Position numbers and translations under genes: made by a program. Positions 18,884 through 29,073 of a DNA stretch of 64,000 nucleotides are shown here, in pieces; within the stretch, counting starts at the first letter, position 1; every line of letters begins with the position of its first letter. Below the pieces are notes generated by a model that had not been told where the DNA came from, ran no database searches, and saw only the letters and a list, made by a program, of their open reading frames with translations. The stretch comes from an uncultured Acidimicrobiia bacterium (lineage in GTDB: Bacteria; Actinomycetota; Acidimicrobiia; Acidimicrobiales; AC-14): positions 160,001-224,000 of the forward strand of contig CAWIIV010000014.1 of NCBI GenBank assembly GCA_963836205.1. The letters run 5' to 3'.

Positions 18884-19303
18884 GTGGACGGGTCAGCAGC
18901 CGACGGGTTTCCCATTCACATCGAAGCCGGCAGCGATCGCTACGACGCCGACGATGACCGGTGGCGAAGCCAGGTGGGCGCCATGGCGGTCGCGCTCCAG
19001 CAGGAGGTCGGAGGGGTGCGGCGGGAGATCCGGCCGGGCCAGGGCACCAAGGGCGGCCCCGAGTCGCTCATCCTCGCCCTCGGGTCGGCGGGCGCCTTCA
19101 CCGCCGCGGTCCAGTTCTTCCGAGCCTGGCTGGGGCGAGACCGCACCCGCCGCCTCGACATCACCTGGACCGACGGGGATGGGGTCCAGCGCATCACGGT
19201 GAGCGGCGACGCCATCGACGACAACGCCATAGCCATCCTCGCCGCGGCCGCGGCCAACAGGATCGGAGGTGCGGGGTGGACCCTCGATACCGCGCCCTCC
19301 TGA
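18884..19303 (+). CDS. EACC1-like small protein (effector-associated constant component)
   Basis: PGQGTKGG, then hydrophobic LILALGSAGAFTAAV, then RAWL; overlaps the start of a caspase gene; family recalled, not searched. Confidence 0.7.
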   Translation: MDGSAADGFPIHIEAGSDRYDADDDRWRSQVGAMAVALQQEVGGVRREIRPGQGTKGGPESLILALGSAGAFTAAVQFFRAWLGRDRTRRLDITWTDGDGVQRITVSGDAIDDNAIAILAAAAANRIGGAGWTLDTAPS

Positions 19304-21429
19304 TCGGGAACTCCACCTTCCCCAACGACAGCCACAACCTCCAGCCCCTCGAAGGACCGGTGAACGACGTCGCCCTGCTGCGCGACGCGCTGACCGACCC
19401 CGCGGTCGGCCTGTTCGCACCGGGCGACGTGCGCATGGTGCCGGAGCGGACGATGACCGAGGTCCTCATCGAACTCGAGACGTTCTTCGCCTCCGCCGGC
19501 AAGGACGACCGGCTGTTGCTGTTCTACAGCGGCCACGGGCTGCTCACCCTCGACAACCAGCTGCTGCTCGCCACCAGGGACACCCGTACCGACGTGGCCC
19601 GCGCCACCGCCGTCAACGCGGCCGCCGTCAACGCCATGATCGACAGCTCGGCCGCGGGAACGACCATCATCCTGCTCGACTGCTGCTACAGCGGCGCCTT
19701 CAAGTCGGGGTCCATGCCCGACAGCCTCCGGGGCAGCGGTCGCTTCCTGCTCACGAGCAGCCGCAGCGGCCAGCTGGCCAACGACGCCGACCGCCGCAAC
19801 GGGACGAGCCTGTTCACCCAGCACGTGGTGGACGGGATCCTGGGCGCCACCGCCGACGGCGACGGCGACGGCTACGTCGGCCTCGACGATCTCTACGAGT
19901 ACGTGTACAGGCGGCTCCGGGACGAGGGCCGCCAGCTCCCGCAGCGGAGCTTCTCCGGCCACGGCGCCATCGCCATCGCCCGCCGCCCGCCGCCGGCGCC
20001 GGTAGCCCCGCTCGCGCCCGCCCCGTCACCCGAGTCCGCCCCGTCACCCGAGTCCGCCCCGTCACCCGAGTCCGCCCCGTCACCCGAGTCCGCCCCGTCA
20101 ACCGAGTCCGCCCCGTCCCCCGTGCCCGCCCCGTCACCCGAGTCCGCCCCGTCACGCGAGTCCGGGGCACCTGCCTTCGCGCCCACAGCCGTGCCACCCG
20201 CGCCCGCGCTCGCGACCGCAGCCCCGCCAGCTGCGCCCGCTCCGGCACCCGAGTCCCCACCGCCGACCTTGGCGACCGCGGCTGCCTCCACCCCGCCGCC
20301 TCCCACCGCACCGGATCCTCAGCCGGCCCGCCCCCCGGCAACCCCAACGCCGGTTTCAGGACCGCCGGCCCACCGCCGGCCGCCGGTGCGCGCGCCGGTC
20401 CTGGTCGTTGCCGCACTCATCGCGGTGGCGGTCGTCGCCCTGGTGATCTCCCGCCTCGGAGGCGGTGGTGGCGGTGGGCAGGACGACGCCAGCGCCTTCC
20501 TCTCGCCCGAGGGCATCGACCTCGACGGCTCCGGCGGGGCGTTCCTCGTCGACACCGGCCGGGCCACGGTGTATCGCCTGGTGCCGGGCACCGGTTCGTA
20601 CAGGTCGATCTTCGAGCCCGGAGCCATCGCCCGGCCGGCGGGCGGCGGCCCACCGGTGAGCGCCGCCCTGCAGGACCTCCACGCGGTCACCGTCGAGCCC
20701 ACCGGTGACGTCGTCTTCGCCGCCGACGGGCGGCTGTACCAGGGGTCGTCCGACGGGCAGCGACTGGAGTACCTGCCCATCGTCGTTCCCGGCCTCGACC
20801 GGCCGATCGTGCGGGGCCTGGACTTCGACGCCACCGGCCTGCTCGCCGCCGTCGGGCCCGACCTGGCCGGCAGCATTTACCACGTCGTGGCCGACGGCAC
20901 CTTCGAGCTCGTCGTCGGAACCGGCCAGCTCGGATTCTCCGGTGACGGCGGACCGGCCCGGGAGGCGCAGATCGCGGCCGCCGGCATCGCCTCCGACGGC
21001 GAGGGGGGCATCCTCATCGCCGACCAGGGCAACCACCGGGTGCGGCGGGTCGGTCCCGACGGGACGATCGAGACGGTCGTGGGCGACGGCACCGCCGCCT
21101 CAGTCGTGCAACCACTGTTCGGCGACGGTCGTCCCGCCCTCGAGGCCCGCCTCACCGCCCCCCGGAACCTGGCCGTCGACGACGCGGGCACGCTCTACGT
21201 GGCCGACGGCAACACGGTGCGGGTGATCTCGCCCGTCGGAGTCATCCAGACGCTCGCCGGCACCGGGATCCCGGGCCATTCCGGCGACGACGGCCTGGCC
21301 ACGGCGGCCCAGCTCGACACGGCCACCGGCATCATGGTCGACGGCCAGGGCGTCGTCTACGTGACCGAGACCGGGAGCGGACGTCTCCGCAAGGTCGATC
21401 GGGACGGCGTCATCGACACCGCCATGTGA
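19276..21429 (+). CDS. Caspase-like (C14) peptidase fused to a Pro-rich linker, a transmembrane helix and an NHL/teneurin-like beta-propeller
   Basis: RALLIGN, FYSGHG (His) and LDCCYSG (Cys); TM segment VLVVAALIAVAVVALVI; GFSGDGGPA / IADQGNHRVRRV repeats. Confidence 0.88.
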   Translation: MDPRYRALLIGNSTFPNDSHNLQPLEGPVNDVALLRDALTDPAVGLFAPGDVRMVPERTMTEVLIELETFFASAGKDDRLLLFYSGHGLLTLDNQLLLATRDTRTDVARATAVNAAAVNAMIDSSAAGTTIILLDCCYSGAFKSGSMPDSLRGSGRFLLTSSRSGQLANDADRRNGTSLFTQHVVDGILGATADGDGDGYVGLDDLYEYVYRRLRDEGRQLPQRSFSGHGAIAIARRPPPAPVAPLAPAPSPESAPSPESAPSPESAPSPESAPSTESAPSPVPAPSPESAPSRESGAPAFAPTAVPPAPALATAAPPAAPAPAPESPPPTLATAAASTPPPPTAPDPQPARPPATPTPVSGPPAHRRPPVRAPVLVVAALIAVAVVALVISRLGGGGGGGQDDASAFLSPEGIDLDGSGGAFLVDTGRATVYRLVPGTGSYRSIFEPGAIARPAGGGPPVSAALQDLHAVTVEPTGDVVFAADGRLYQGSSDGQRLEYLPIVVPGLDRPIVRGLDFDATGLLAAVGPDLAGSIYHVVADGTFELVVGTGQLGFSGDGGPAREAQIAAAGIASDGEGGILIADQGNHRVRRVGPDGTIETVVGDGTAASVVQPLFGDGRPALEARLTAPRNLAVDDAGTLYVADGNTVRVISPVGVIQTLAGTGIPGHSGDDGLATAAQLDTATGIMVDGQGVVYVTETGSGRLRKVDRDGVIDTAM
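20020..20164 (+). repeat. 18-bp tandem repeat, about 8 copies, encoding APSPES
   Basis: GCCCCGTCACCCGAGTCC repeated in the caspase linker. Confidence 0.9.
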
Positions 21430-21444
21430 GCAGCGGGAGTTGGG

Positions 21445-22641
21445 CTACAGCCCCAGCGCGCTCTTCACGTTGTCGAGGCGACCGAGGTGCTCCCAGGTGA
21501 ACTCCTTGTCGCTCCGGCCGAAGTGGCCGTAGGCGGCCGTGCGCCGGTAGATGGGCTTGCGCAGGTCGAGGTCGCGGATGATGGCCGCCGGCCGGAGGTC
21601 GAACACCTCGTTGACCATGGCCGCGATCTTCAGCGGGTCGACGGTCTCGGTGCCGAACGTCTCGACCATGATCGACACCGGCCGGGCCACGCCGATGGCG
21701 TAGGCCACCTGGATCTCGCACTTGCGGGCGGCGCCGGCGGCCACGATGTGCTTGGCCACCCAGCGGGCGGCGTAGGCGGCCGAGCGGTCGACCTTCGACG
21801 GGTCCTTGCCCGAGAAGGCCCCGCCGCCGTGGCGGGCGGCGCCGCCATAGGTGTCGACGATGATCTTGCGCCCGGTGAGGCCGGTGTCGGCGTGGGGGCC
21901 ACCGAGCACGAAGCTGCCGGTGGGGTTGGCCATCAGCTGGTACTTGTCGTGGGCGAACTGCTCGGGCAGCAGGGGATTGATGACGTGCTCCCGCAGGTCG
22001 GGCTTGAGCAGGGTCTCGATGTCGAGGCCGGGCTGGTGCTGGCTGGAGATGAGCACCGTCTTGAGCCGCACCGGACGGCCGTTCTCGTACTCGAACGTGA
22101 CCTGGGTCTTGCCGTCGGGCCGGAGGTAGGGCAGCACGCCCGCCTTGCGCACCTCGGACAGCCGCTGGGCCAGGCGGTGGGCCAGCCAGATGGGCAGGGG
22201 CATGAGGTCTTCGGTCTCGTCGCAGGCGAAGCCGAACATCATCCCCTGGTCACCGGCGCCCTGGGAGCTGATCTGGTCCTCGCCGCTGGTGCCCCGCCGC
22301 ACCTCGTAGGCGGTGGTGACGCCCTGGCTGATGTCGGGAGACTGCTCGTCGATGGCGGTGATGACCCCGCACGTGTTGCCGTCGAAGCCGTAGGACTCCC
22401 GGTCGTAGCCGATCCCACACACCGTCTGGCGCACGATCTTGGGGATGTCGACGTAGGCCCGGGTGGTGATCTCGCCGGCGACGACCACCAGCCCGGTGGT
22501 GAGCAGCGTCTCGCACGCGACCCGCCCGGTGGGGTCCTCGGTGAGGATGGCGTCGAGGATGGCGTCGGAGATCTGGTCGGCCATCTTGTCGGGATGACCT
22601 TCGGTGACCGACTCCGAGGTGAACGTGTAATTGCTGCTCAT
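21445..22641 (-). CDS. metK: S-adenosylmethionine synthetase
   Basis: [17 protein letters not shown] and [16 protein letters not shown] motifs. Confidence 0.98.
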   Translation of the reverse strand: MSSNYTFTSESVTEGHPDKMADQISDAILDAILTEDPTGRVACETLLTTGLVVVAGEITTRAYVDIPKIVRQTVCGIGYDRESYGFDGNTCGVITAIDEQSPDISQGVTTAYEVRRGTSGEDQISSQGAGDQGMMFGFACDETEDLMPLPIWLAHRLAQRLSEVRKAGVLPYLRPDGKTQVTFEYENGRPVRLKTVLISSQHQPGLDIETLLKPDLREHVINPLLPEQFAHDKYQLMANPTGSFVLGGPHADTGLTGRKIIVDTYGGAARHGGGAFSGKDPSKVDRSAAYAARWVAKHIVAAGAARKCEIQVAYAIGVARPVSIMVETFGTETVDPLKIAAMVNEVFDLRPAAIIRDLDLRKPIYRRTAAYGHFGRSDKEFTWEHLGRLDNVKSALGL

Positions 22642-22653
22642 GGGTGGAGAAGG

Positions 22654-23909
22654 CTACTCAACCGTCGGCCGGCCACCGAGACGGCGGGCGATCATGTCGA
22701 CGACGGCCGCGGCCACGTCCCGTTTGGATGCGAGGGGCACGTCGGTCTCGGCCACTCCGCCGGCGCCGTCGTCCTCCAGGATCACGGCCGCATTGGTGTC
22801 GTGGCCGAAGCCGGCGCCGGGGGCGGTGACGTCGTTGGCCACGATGGCGTCGACGCCCTTGGCGGCCAGCTTCTCCCGGGCCCGGGGCCGGGGGTCGCCG
22901 GTCTCGGCCGCGAAGCCGACGAGGACCTGGCCCGGCCGCCGGGCCCGGCCGAGGGCGGCCAGGATGTCGGTGGTGGGCTCGAGGACGATGTCGGGGACAC
23001 CCTCGTCCTTGCGCAGCTTGGCGTCGGCCACCGCCTTGGGCCGGAAGTCGGCCACCGCCGCCGCCATGACGACCACGTCGGCCGACGGGGCCCGGGCCAG
23101 GACCTCGGCCTCCATCTCGGCCGCCGTCTCCACCACCACCACGTCGATGCCGGGCGGGGCCGCGCGGTCGCGGGCCGCCGTCACCAGCACCACCGACGCC
23201 CCCCGGGACGCGGCCTCGACCGCGACCGCCTCCCCCTGCTTGCCCGACGAGCGGTTGCCCAGGTAGCGGACCGGGTCGATGGGCTCGCGGGTGCCGCCGG
23301 CCGTGACCAGGAACCGGCTTCCGGCCAGGTCGGGGGGGACGACCGCCGATGGTCGGCGAGGGCGGCGAGGGCGGCGGCTACCGCCTCCAGGATGCGCGCG
23401 GGGTCGGGCAGGCGGCCGGCACCCTCGTCGCCCCCGGCCAGGCGACCCACGCCGGGGTCGACCACCTGGACGCCACGGCTCCGCAGCACAGCCACGTTGG
23501 CCCGGGTGGCGGGGTGCTCCCACATCTCGGTGTGCATGGCCGGGCACACCACGACGGGCGCGGTGGTGGCGAGCAGGACGTTGGTGAGCAGGTCGTCGGC
23601 GATGCCGGCGGCGTAGGCGCCGAGGAAGCGGGCGGTGGCCGGAGCCACCAGCACGACGTCGACCGAGCGGGCCAGGGCGATGTGGGGTACGGCCTCGCCG
23701 TCGTCGGAGGTCCACAGCGACGTGCGCACCCGCTCCGACGCCAGGGCCGACAGGGTGACGGCACCGACGAAGCGCTCGGCGTCGGCGGTCATCACCGGCA
23801 CCACGTGGGCTCCGGCGTCGACCAACCGCCGGCACACCTCCACCGCCTTGTAGGCCGCGATCGACCCGCACACCCCGAGGAGGACGCGGGCGCCGGCGAC
23901 CTCGACCAT
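22654..23909 (-). CDS. coaBC: Bifunctional PPC decarboxylase / PPC synthetase (apparent frameshift near 23350)
   Basis: GSIAAYKA and PAMHTEMW in one frame; TAGGTREPIDPVRYLGNRSSGKQG, AAVADF and GFAAET in the next. Confidence 0.93.
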
Positions 23910-23915
23910 CGCGGG

Positions 23916-24194
23916 TTACGCCTCGGGGGCTTCCTCGCCCTCGACCGGCTCCTCGATGCGGACGAACGTGATCTTGTTGGCCGCGATCTCCTCCAGGGCG
24001 ATGGTGAGGGGCTTGCGGGAGACGGAGGCCACCTGGGGGGGGACGATGGCGCCCAGGCCCTCGCCCAGCTGGCTGAAGTAGGAGTTGATCTGCCGGCCCC
24101 GCTTGGCGGCCAGGCTGACCAGGCTGAACTTGGAGTCGACCTTGTCGAGCAGGTCCTCGATCGGGGGGTGGATCATGCTGGCGCGCTCGGACAT
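23916..24194 (-). CDS. rpoZ: RNA polymerase omega subunit
   Basis: [17 protein letters not shown]...AAKRGRQIN...[10 protein letters not shown]. Confidence 0.95.
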   Translation of the reverse strand: MSERASMIHPPIEDLLDKVDSKFSLVSLAAKRGRQINSYFSQLGEGLGAIVPPQVASVSRKPLTIALEEIAANKITFVRIEEPVEGEEAPEA

Positions 24195-24246
24195 GCTTGA
24201 CTCCTGGCTCACTGGGGTGGTGGCGGCGAAAAGGCTGGCCCAGAGG

Positions 24247-24789
24247 TCACGATCGCCGCGACCGATGCCATTCCACGATACCAGCCGCCTCCTCGGTGGC
24301 CCGGCCAAGGTCGTCGTTGACGATCACGTGGTCGGCCACCGCCAGGCACGCCTCCTCTTCGGCGTCGGCCAGGGCCAGGCGGCGGGCGATCACGGCCTCG
24401 TCGTCGCCCCGTTTGCGCAGCCGTTCCTCCTGGGTCGCCCGCGACGGCGCCCGCACGCAGAGCACGACCGCGTCGGGACGCAGCCCCTTGACCTGGGCCG
24501 CGCCCTGCACGTCGATCTCGAGGAGCAGGTCGGTCCCCGGGGGCGGGGCGGGCACGGGCGTGCCGTAGAGGTTGCCGAACACCTCGGCCCACTCCAGGAA
24601 CCGTCCCCGTTCGCGCTCGGCGTCGAAGGTGGCCCGGTCGACGAAAACGTAGGCGTCGGGGGCGTCGGAACCCCGGCGGGCCCGCGTGGTCCACGACCGG
24701 CTCAGCCACAGCCCGGGCACTCCCGCCATCAGTCCTGCGGCCACCGCCCCCTTGCCCACGCCGGACGGGCCGACGATGACGAAGATCAG
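24247..24789 (-). CDS. gmk: Guanylate kinase (no canonical start before the P-loop; CTG at 24789 proposed)
   Basis: [30 protein letters not shown] and EIDVQGA; lies between mihF and rpoZ. Confidence 0.92.
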   Translation of the reverse strand: MIFVIVGPSGVGKGAVAAGLMAGVPGLWLSRSWTTRARRGSDAPDAYVFVDRATFDAERERGRFLEWAEVFGNLYGTPVPAPPPGTDLLLEIDVQGAAQVKGLRPDAVVLCVRAPSRATQEERLRKRGDDEAVIARRLALADAEEEACLAVADHVIVNDDLGRATEEAAGIVEWHRSRRS

Positions 24790-24841
24790 GGAGCCGGGCG
24801 CGTCCGGGGCCGCAGATGCCGTTGTCTCGGGAGCCGTCGTC

Positions 24842-25165
24842 TCAGGTGTTGGACGGGAACTGCTTGAGCAGCGCTTCCCGCTGCTGGGCGCCCAGGCCGC
24901 GCACCCGGCGGGCCTCGCTGATACGGATCTCGTCCATCAGGCGGCGGGCCCGCACCTTGCCCACGCCGGGGAGCGACTCCAGCACCGTGAGGACCTTCAT
25001 CTTCCCGACGACCTCGTCGTTCTCACCCTGCTCGATCAGTTCCTTCAAGGTGAGCGAACCCATCTTGAGCTTGTCCTTCAGCTCGGCGCGCTGACGCCGC
25101 GCGGCTGCGGCCTTGTCGAGCGCCTTCTGGCGAGCCTCGGGTGACAAAGGAGGGGGCAGCGGCAT
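24842..25165 (-). CDS. mihF: Actinobacterial integration host factor
   Basis: ALDKAAAARRQRAELK, KMKVLTVLESLPGVGKVRA and RRVRGLG. Confidence 0.93.
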   Translation of the reverse strand: MPLPPPLSPEARQKALDKAAAARRQRAELKDKLKMGSLTLKELIEQGENDEVVGKMKVLTVLESLPGVGKVRARRLMDEIRISEARRVRGLGAQQREALLKQFPSNT

Positions 25166-25240
25166 GGGCCGAACCCTAGCGCGACCAGCCCGAGCGCTGC
25201 CGGGGCGCGACCGCGGCCCCCCCAAGGGGGCCGGGGCCGC

Positions 25241-25756
25241 TCAGCAGTTGGCGGAGGAGGCGCCGCTGCCGAGGATGGGCCGGCCGTAGCGGGCGGCCCA
25301 GATACCCCTCGGGTCCTCGTCGGCGACGGGCAGCCGCCAGGTCTGGATCTCGGGGGTACCCAGGCGAAAGGGGATGGAGACGAGTGCCCGCCGGACGTGG
25401 ATGGTGGACGCCAGGTAGGGGTCGACCTCGTCCTCGTCCCAATACCGAAGGCACAGTGTGCGGTAGGTGTCGCGCCAGGCCGCGTCGTCGCCCGGCCGGT
25501 GGAGCATCTCCGCGTCGGTGGACACCACCACCTTGCGGTAGGGGAGCACGTCCTCGTCGACGACCGCGCACACGCTCGGGTTGGTCTCCAGGTGGGACAG
25601 CCAGGCGGCCTGGGACCGGGGAGTGATGAGCAGCGCCCCCTCGACCGGCAGGAACCAGAGCGGGACGACGTGGGGACGGTGGTCGGGGTCGACCGTCGCC
25701 AGCCGAACGAGGTGACGGCGTTCGCCGAGGAACGCCAGCGTCTCGGTCGGGCTCAT
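25241..25756 (-). CDS. Pyridoxamine 5'-phosphate oxidase-like split-barrel flavin/F420-binding protein
   Basis: LATVDPDHRPHVVPLWF and NPSVCAVVD pattern. Confidence 0.75.
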   Translation of the reverse strand: MSPTETLAFLGERRHLVRLATVDPDHRPHVVPLWFLPVEGALLITPRSQAAWLSHLETNPSVCAVVDEDVLPYRKVVVSTDAEMLHRPGDDAAWRDTYRTLCLRYWDEDEVDPYLASTIHVRRALVSIPFRLGTPEIQTWRLPVADEDPRGIWAARYGRPILGSGASSANC

Positions 25757-25776
25757 CACCGGCACGTCGGACGAAC

Positions 25777-26037
25777 CTAGTCTCCGCCCTCGCCGTGCCT
25801 GGCCTCCACCTGGCGCTCCACCAGGGTGACGATGTCGCCGTACGTCCGGACGGCGGACACCAGCCGGTCGGGCAGGGCGATGTCGAACTCGTCCTCCAGC
25901 ACCATGGTGAGCTCGATGGCGTCGAGGGAGTCGACGCACAGGTCCTCCCCCAGGCGGGCGCCGGGCAGCAGCCGTCGGGGGTCGACGTCGAGGTGGGCGG
26001 CCGCCACCTTGCGCAACTGGACCTCGATGTCGCTCAT
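25777..26037 (-). CDS. Acyl carrier protein
   Basis: 86 aa, acidic, DLCVDSLDAIELTMVLEDEFDI phosphopantetheine-site motif. Confidence 0.9.
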   Translation of the reverse strand: MSDIEVQLRKVAAAHLDVDPRRLLPGARLGEDLCVDSLDAIELTMVLEDEFDIALPDRLVSAVRTYGDIVTLVERQVEARHGEGGD

Positions 26038-27752
26038 CGGGCCGCTCGATCCGGTTCCCGTCGTGCGCCCAACTCCGTGGTGTTCCCCAACTCCGTTTTC
26101 ATGGTCTCCCTCAGGGCCTTCTTGTCGATCTTGCCGGTGCGGTTGCGGGGGATCACGTCGACGACCCGGACGTGGCGGGGCACGGCGTAGTCGGCCATGT
26201 GGCCGGCCACCCATGTCTGGACGTCGGCGACCTCGACCGCCCGCCCGGTGGCGGGCACGACGTAGGCCGCCACCGACTCGTAGGCCAACCGGTCGGGCAC
26301 CCCGAACACGGCCGCCTCGGCGATGTCGGGGTGGCTGACCAGCAGGTATTCGAGCTCGACGGAGTACACCTTGTTGCCTCCCCGCATGATCATGTCCTTC
26401 TTGCGGTCGAGGATGAAGACGTAGCCCTCGTCGTCGAGCCGGGCGTAGTCGCCGGTGTGCAGCCAGCCGTCGGTGATCGCGTCCCCGGTGGCGACGGGGT
26501 CGCCGAAGTAGCCGGGCGTCACCATCGGCCCCCGCACCCACAGCTCCCCCGGCTCACCGGGGGGGACGTCGCAACCGTCGTCGTCGACCACCCGGACCTC
26601 GGCGCACGGCACCGGCCGGCCCACCGAGCCCGGCTTCCGGCGGAACTCGGAGTCGAGGAGGATGGTGGCCGGGGAGTGGGTCTCGGTGAGCCCGTAGGCG
26701 TCGTAGAGCCGGAGTTGGGGCATCCGCCGGCGGAGGGCGGCGACGGTGGAGAGGGGCACCGGCGAGCCGCCGAAGGCGCCGATCTCGACGTGGGCCAGGG
26801 CGGGCCAGGTGAAGTCGGGATCGCGCAGGAGGAGGGGCCAGATGGAGGGGACGACCATCAGATAGGTGATACGGCGCCGACCGATGAGGCGGACGAACTC
26901 GGCGGGCACGACCTCGGCCACCGTCACCGACGTTCCCCCCACCAGCATCATCGGCGTGACCTGGGCCACGTGGCCGGTGACGTAGTAGAGCGGGAACACG
27001 ATGGCGGTGCGGTCGCCGGCGGTGAGGGCGAGGATTCGCACGTAGGCGATGGCCGAGTGCATGGTGCCCCGGTGCACGACCTGGCTGGCCTTCGGCCGGC
27101 CGGTGGTGCCGGACGTGTAGATGACGGCGTAGGTGGCGTCTTCGTCGGGGAAGGGCACCGTCCTCGCCCCGCCACGGGCGGCGGCGCCCGGTGAGGTGGT
27201 CGCCGACCGACCGCACCCGGTCGGCGGCCAGTCCCGCCTCCGCCGCCGCCTCCCGCAGGCCGTCGGCGAACTCGGGGTGGGCGAGGGCGAGGGTCGCTCC
27301 CGAGTGGGAGAGCATGTACGCCCATTGGGTCGGCGACAGCCGGGTCGACAGGCCGACGAAGACGAGTCCGGCCCGGGCGCAGGCCCAGATGGCGACCACG
27401 ATGTCGAGGCCGTTGCGAAGGGCGACGGCCAGCCGGTCGCCCGCCACCAGCCCCTCCTCGGCCAGGCGCTCGGCCGCCCCCTCCACCAGCTGGGCCAGCT
27501 CGGCGTAGGTGACGTCGCCCTCGGGGGTCTCGAGGGCCACCGCGTCGGGGTGGAGGCGGACGGCCCGGTCGAGGGCCTCGACGATGGTGCGCACGCGGTC
27601 GGGATAGCAGCGCACCTGGGTGCCCAGCCAGGGCTCGAGCGCCAGGCCGTCGGGGTTCAGGTGGTCGGAATCGGGGCCGTCGGGGCTGGGTCTTGGGGGC
27701 TGGGTCCTTGGGGGCTGGGTCCTTGGGGGCTGGGTCCGTCGGGGCTCAGCAC
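26034..27752 (-). CDS. Adenylate-forming acyl-CoA/acyl-ACP ligase (apparent frameshifts near 27692 and 27160)
   Basis: YTSGTTGRPK, AYGLTE, WLHTGD, DRKKDMIMRGG and PRNRTGKIDK; N-terminal part is in other frames; proposed GTG overlaps the ArsR stop. Confidence 0.85.
27682..27737. repeat. 15-bp tandem repeat (GPSPQ on the minus strand)
   Basis: GGGGCTGGGTCCTTG about 3.5 times; one copy is 1 nt short. Confidence 0.8.
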
Positions 27753-28081
27753 GGGTCGTCGGCGGGCGGGGCCTCCGACACCGCCCCCGACGCGCCGACG
27801 AGCCGGCCGACCCGCCGGTGCAGCTCCTGGAGCCCGTCGCGGTCGGCTGCGTAGCAGCTGAAGTTGCCCCGCCGGCTCTTGGTGACGAGGCCGGCCTTGA
27901 GCAGCACCGACAGGTGGTAGCCGGCCAGGGGCTGCGACATCCCCACTGCCTGGGCCAGGTAACCGGCGCTGCGGGGGCCGCGGCGCAGGTGGCGAAGCAT
28001 GAGCATGCGGTGGGGCTCGGCGATGACGGCGAGGTCCTCCGAGAGTCGTTCGGCTTCGTTCTGGGTCACGGCGGTCACCAT
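27746..28081 (-). CDS. ArsR/SmtB family transcriptional regulator
   Basis: IAEPHRMLML...MSQPLAGYHLSVLLKAGLVTKSRRG winged HTH. Confidence 0.88.
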   Translation of the reverse strand: MVTAVTQNEAERLSEDLAVIAEPHRMLMLRHLRRGPRSAGYLAQAVGMSQPLAGYHLSVLLKAGLVTKSRRGNFSCYAADRDGLQELHRRVGRLVGASGAVSEAPPADDPC

Positions 28082-28144
28082 GGCCGAGACTGTACGGGCG
28101 GGGCCGGGTCTGTATCAAGAGAAACTGATATCGTCCCCGCGCCC

Positions 28145-29035
28145 ATGGAACTGTTCCTCACCGTCTGTGTGACGAGCCTGACCCTGGGCCTGCTCTACTC
28201 CCTCTTCGCCCTCGGCCTCAGCCTCGTCCTGCGGACGTCGGGCCAGCTCAACCTGGCCCACGGTGACTCGCTCATGCTGGCCACCTACGTCGGTCTGGGG
28301 ATGTCGTCGCTGGCCGGCGCCTCGGTGGTGGCCGTGACGGCCGCGGTGCTGGCCGCGGCCGCCTTCGGCACTGTCGCCCACCTGGCCGTCTACTCGCCGG
28401 TGGCGTCGCGTCGGCGGGCGGGGATGGCCGGGCTCGGGTTCCTTCCCGCCCTGGGCGTGGCCCTCGTCGTGCGCAACATCGCCGTCCGGGCCGACCCCGA
28501 GGGCGCCAGCCCCTTCCCCTCGCTCTTCGCCGGTGGCCCCACCAACCTCTTCGCCGACTACCGCCTGCCCGCCGCCGGCTGGTGGATCCTGGCCGCGGGC
28601 GTCCTTGTTCCGGTCGCGGTGGCGGTGGTGCTGCGGCGCACCGCGGTCGGGCACTGCATCCGGGCGGTGGCCGACGAGCCGGTGCTGGCCCGGCTCACGG
28701 GGCTGCCCGTCACCCGCACCCTGTCCGCCTCCTACGCCTTGGCGGGCATGGTGGGTGGGCTGGCCGGGGTGCTGTTCGCCTCCTTCTTCGGCCAGGTGTT
28801 CGTGGCCCTCGGCTGGCAGGCCACCCTCAAGGGCTTCGTGGCCGCGGTGCTGGGCGGGATGGGGTGGGTGCGGGGCGCCGTCCTCGGCGGACTCGCCCTG
28901 GGCACGGTGGAGAGCTTCGTGTCCGGCTACCTGTCCACCCGCTTCCGCGACGTGGCCACCTTCGCCCTGCTCATCGGCGTCCTCCTGCTGGTCCCCCGCG
29001 GGGTGCTGGCCGGCGGCCGCCTGCGCACCGTCTGA
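28145..29035 (+). CDS. Branched-chain amino acid-type ABC permease (LivH-like)
   Basis: LFALGLSLV...LNLAHG and KGFVAAVLGGMG; hydrophobic. Confidence 0.88.
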   Translation: MELFLTVCVTSLTLGLLYSLFALGLSLVLRTSGQLNLAHGDSLMLATYVGLGMSSLAGASVVAVTAAVLAAAAFGTVAHLAVYSPVASRRRAGMAGLGFLPALGVALVVRNIAVRADPEGASPFPSLFAGGPTNLFADYRLPAAGWWILAAGVLVPVAVAVVLRRTAVGHCIRAVADEPVLARLTGLPVTRTLSASYALAGMVGGLAGVLFASFFGQVFVALGWQATLKGFVAAVLGGMGWVRGAVLGGLALGTVESFVSGYLSTRFRDVATFALLIGVLLLVPRGVLAGGRLRTV

Positions 29036-29073
29036 CCTCGCCCATCCCGAAGCGCATCGAAAGGACACCCATC

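Noticed and set aside
20020-20164. CRISPR-like or iteron repeat
   Set aside because: Contiguous in-frame 18-mers with no spacers, coding a Pro/Ser linker
22654-23909. Naturally split coaC and coaB genes
   Set aside because: There is no stop/start pair at the junction; the two frames overlap as expected for a single indel in a fused coaBC
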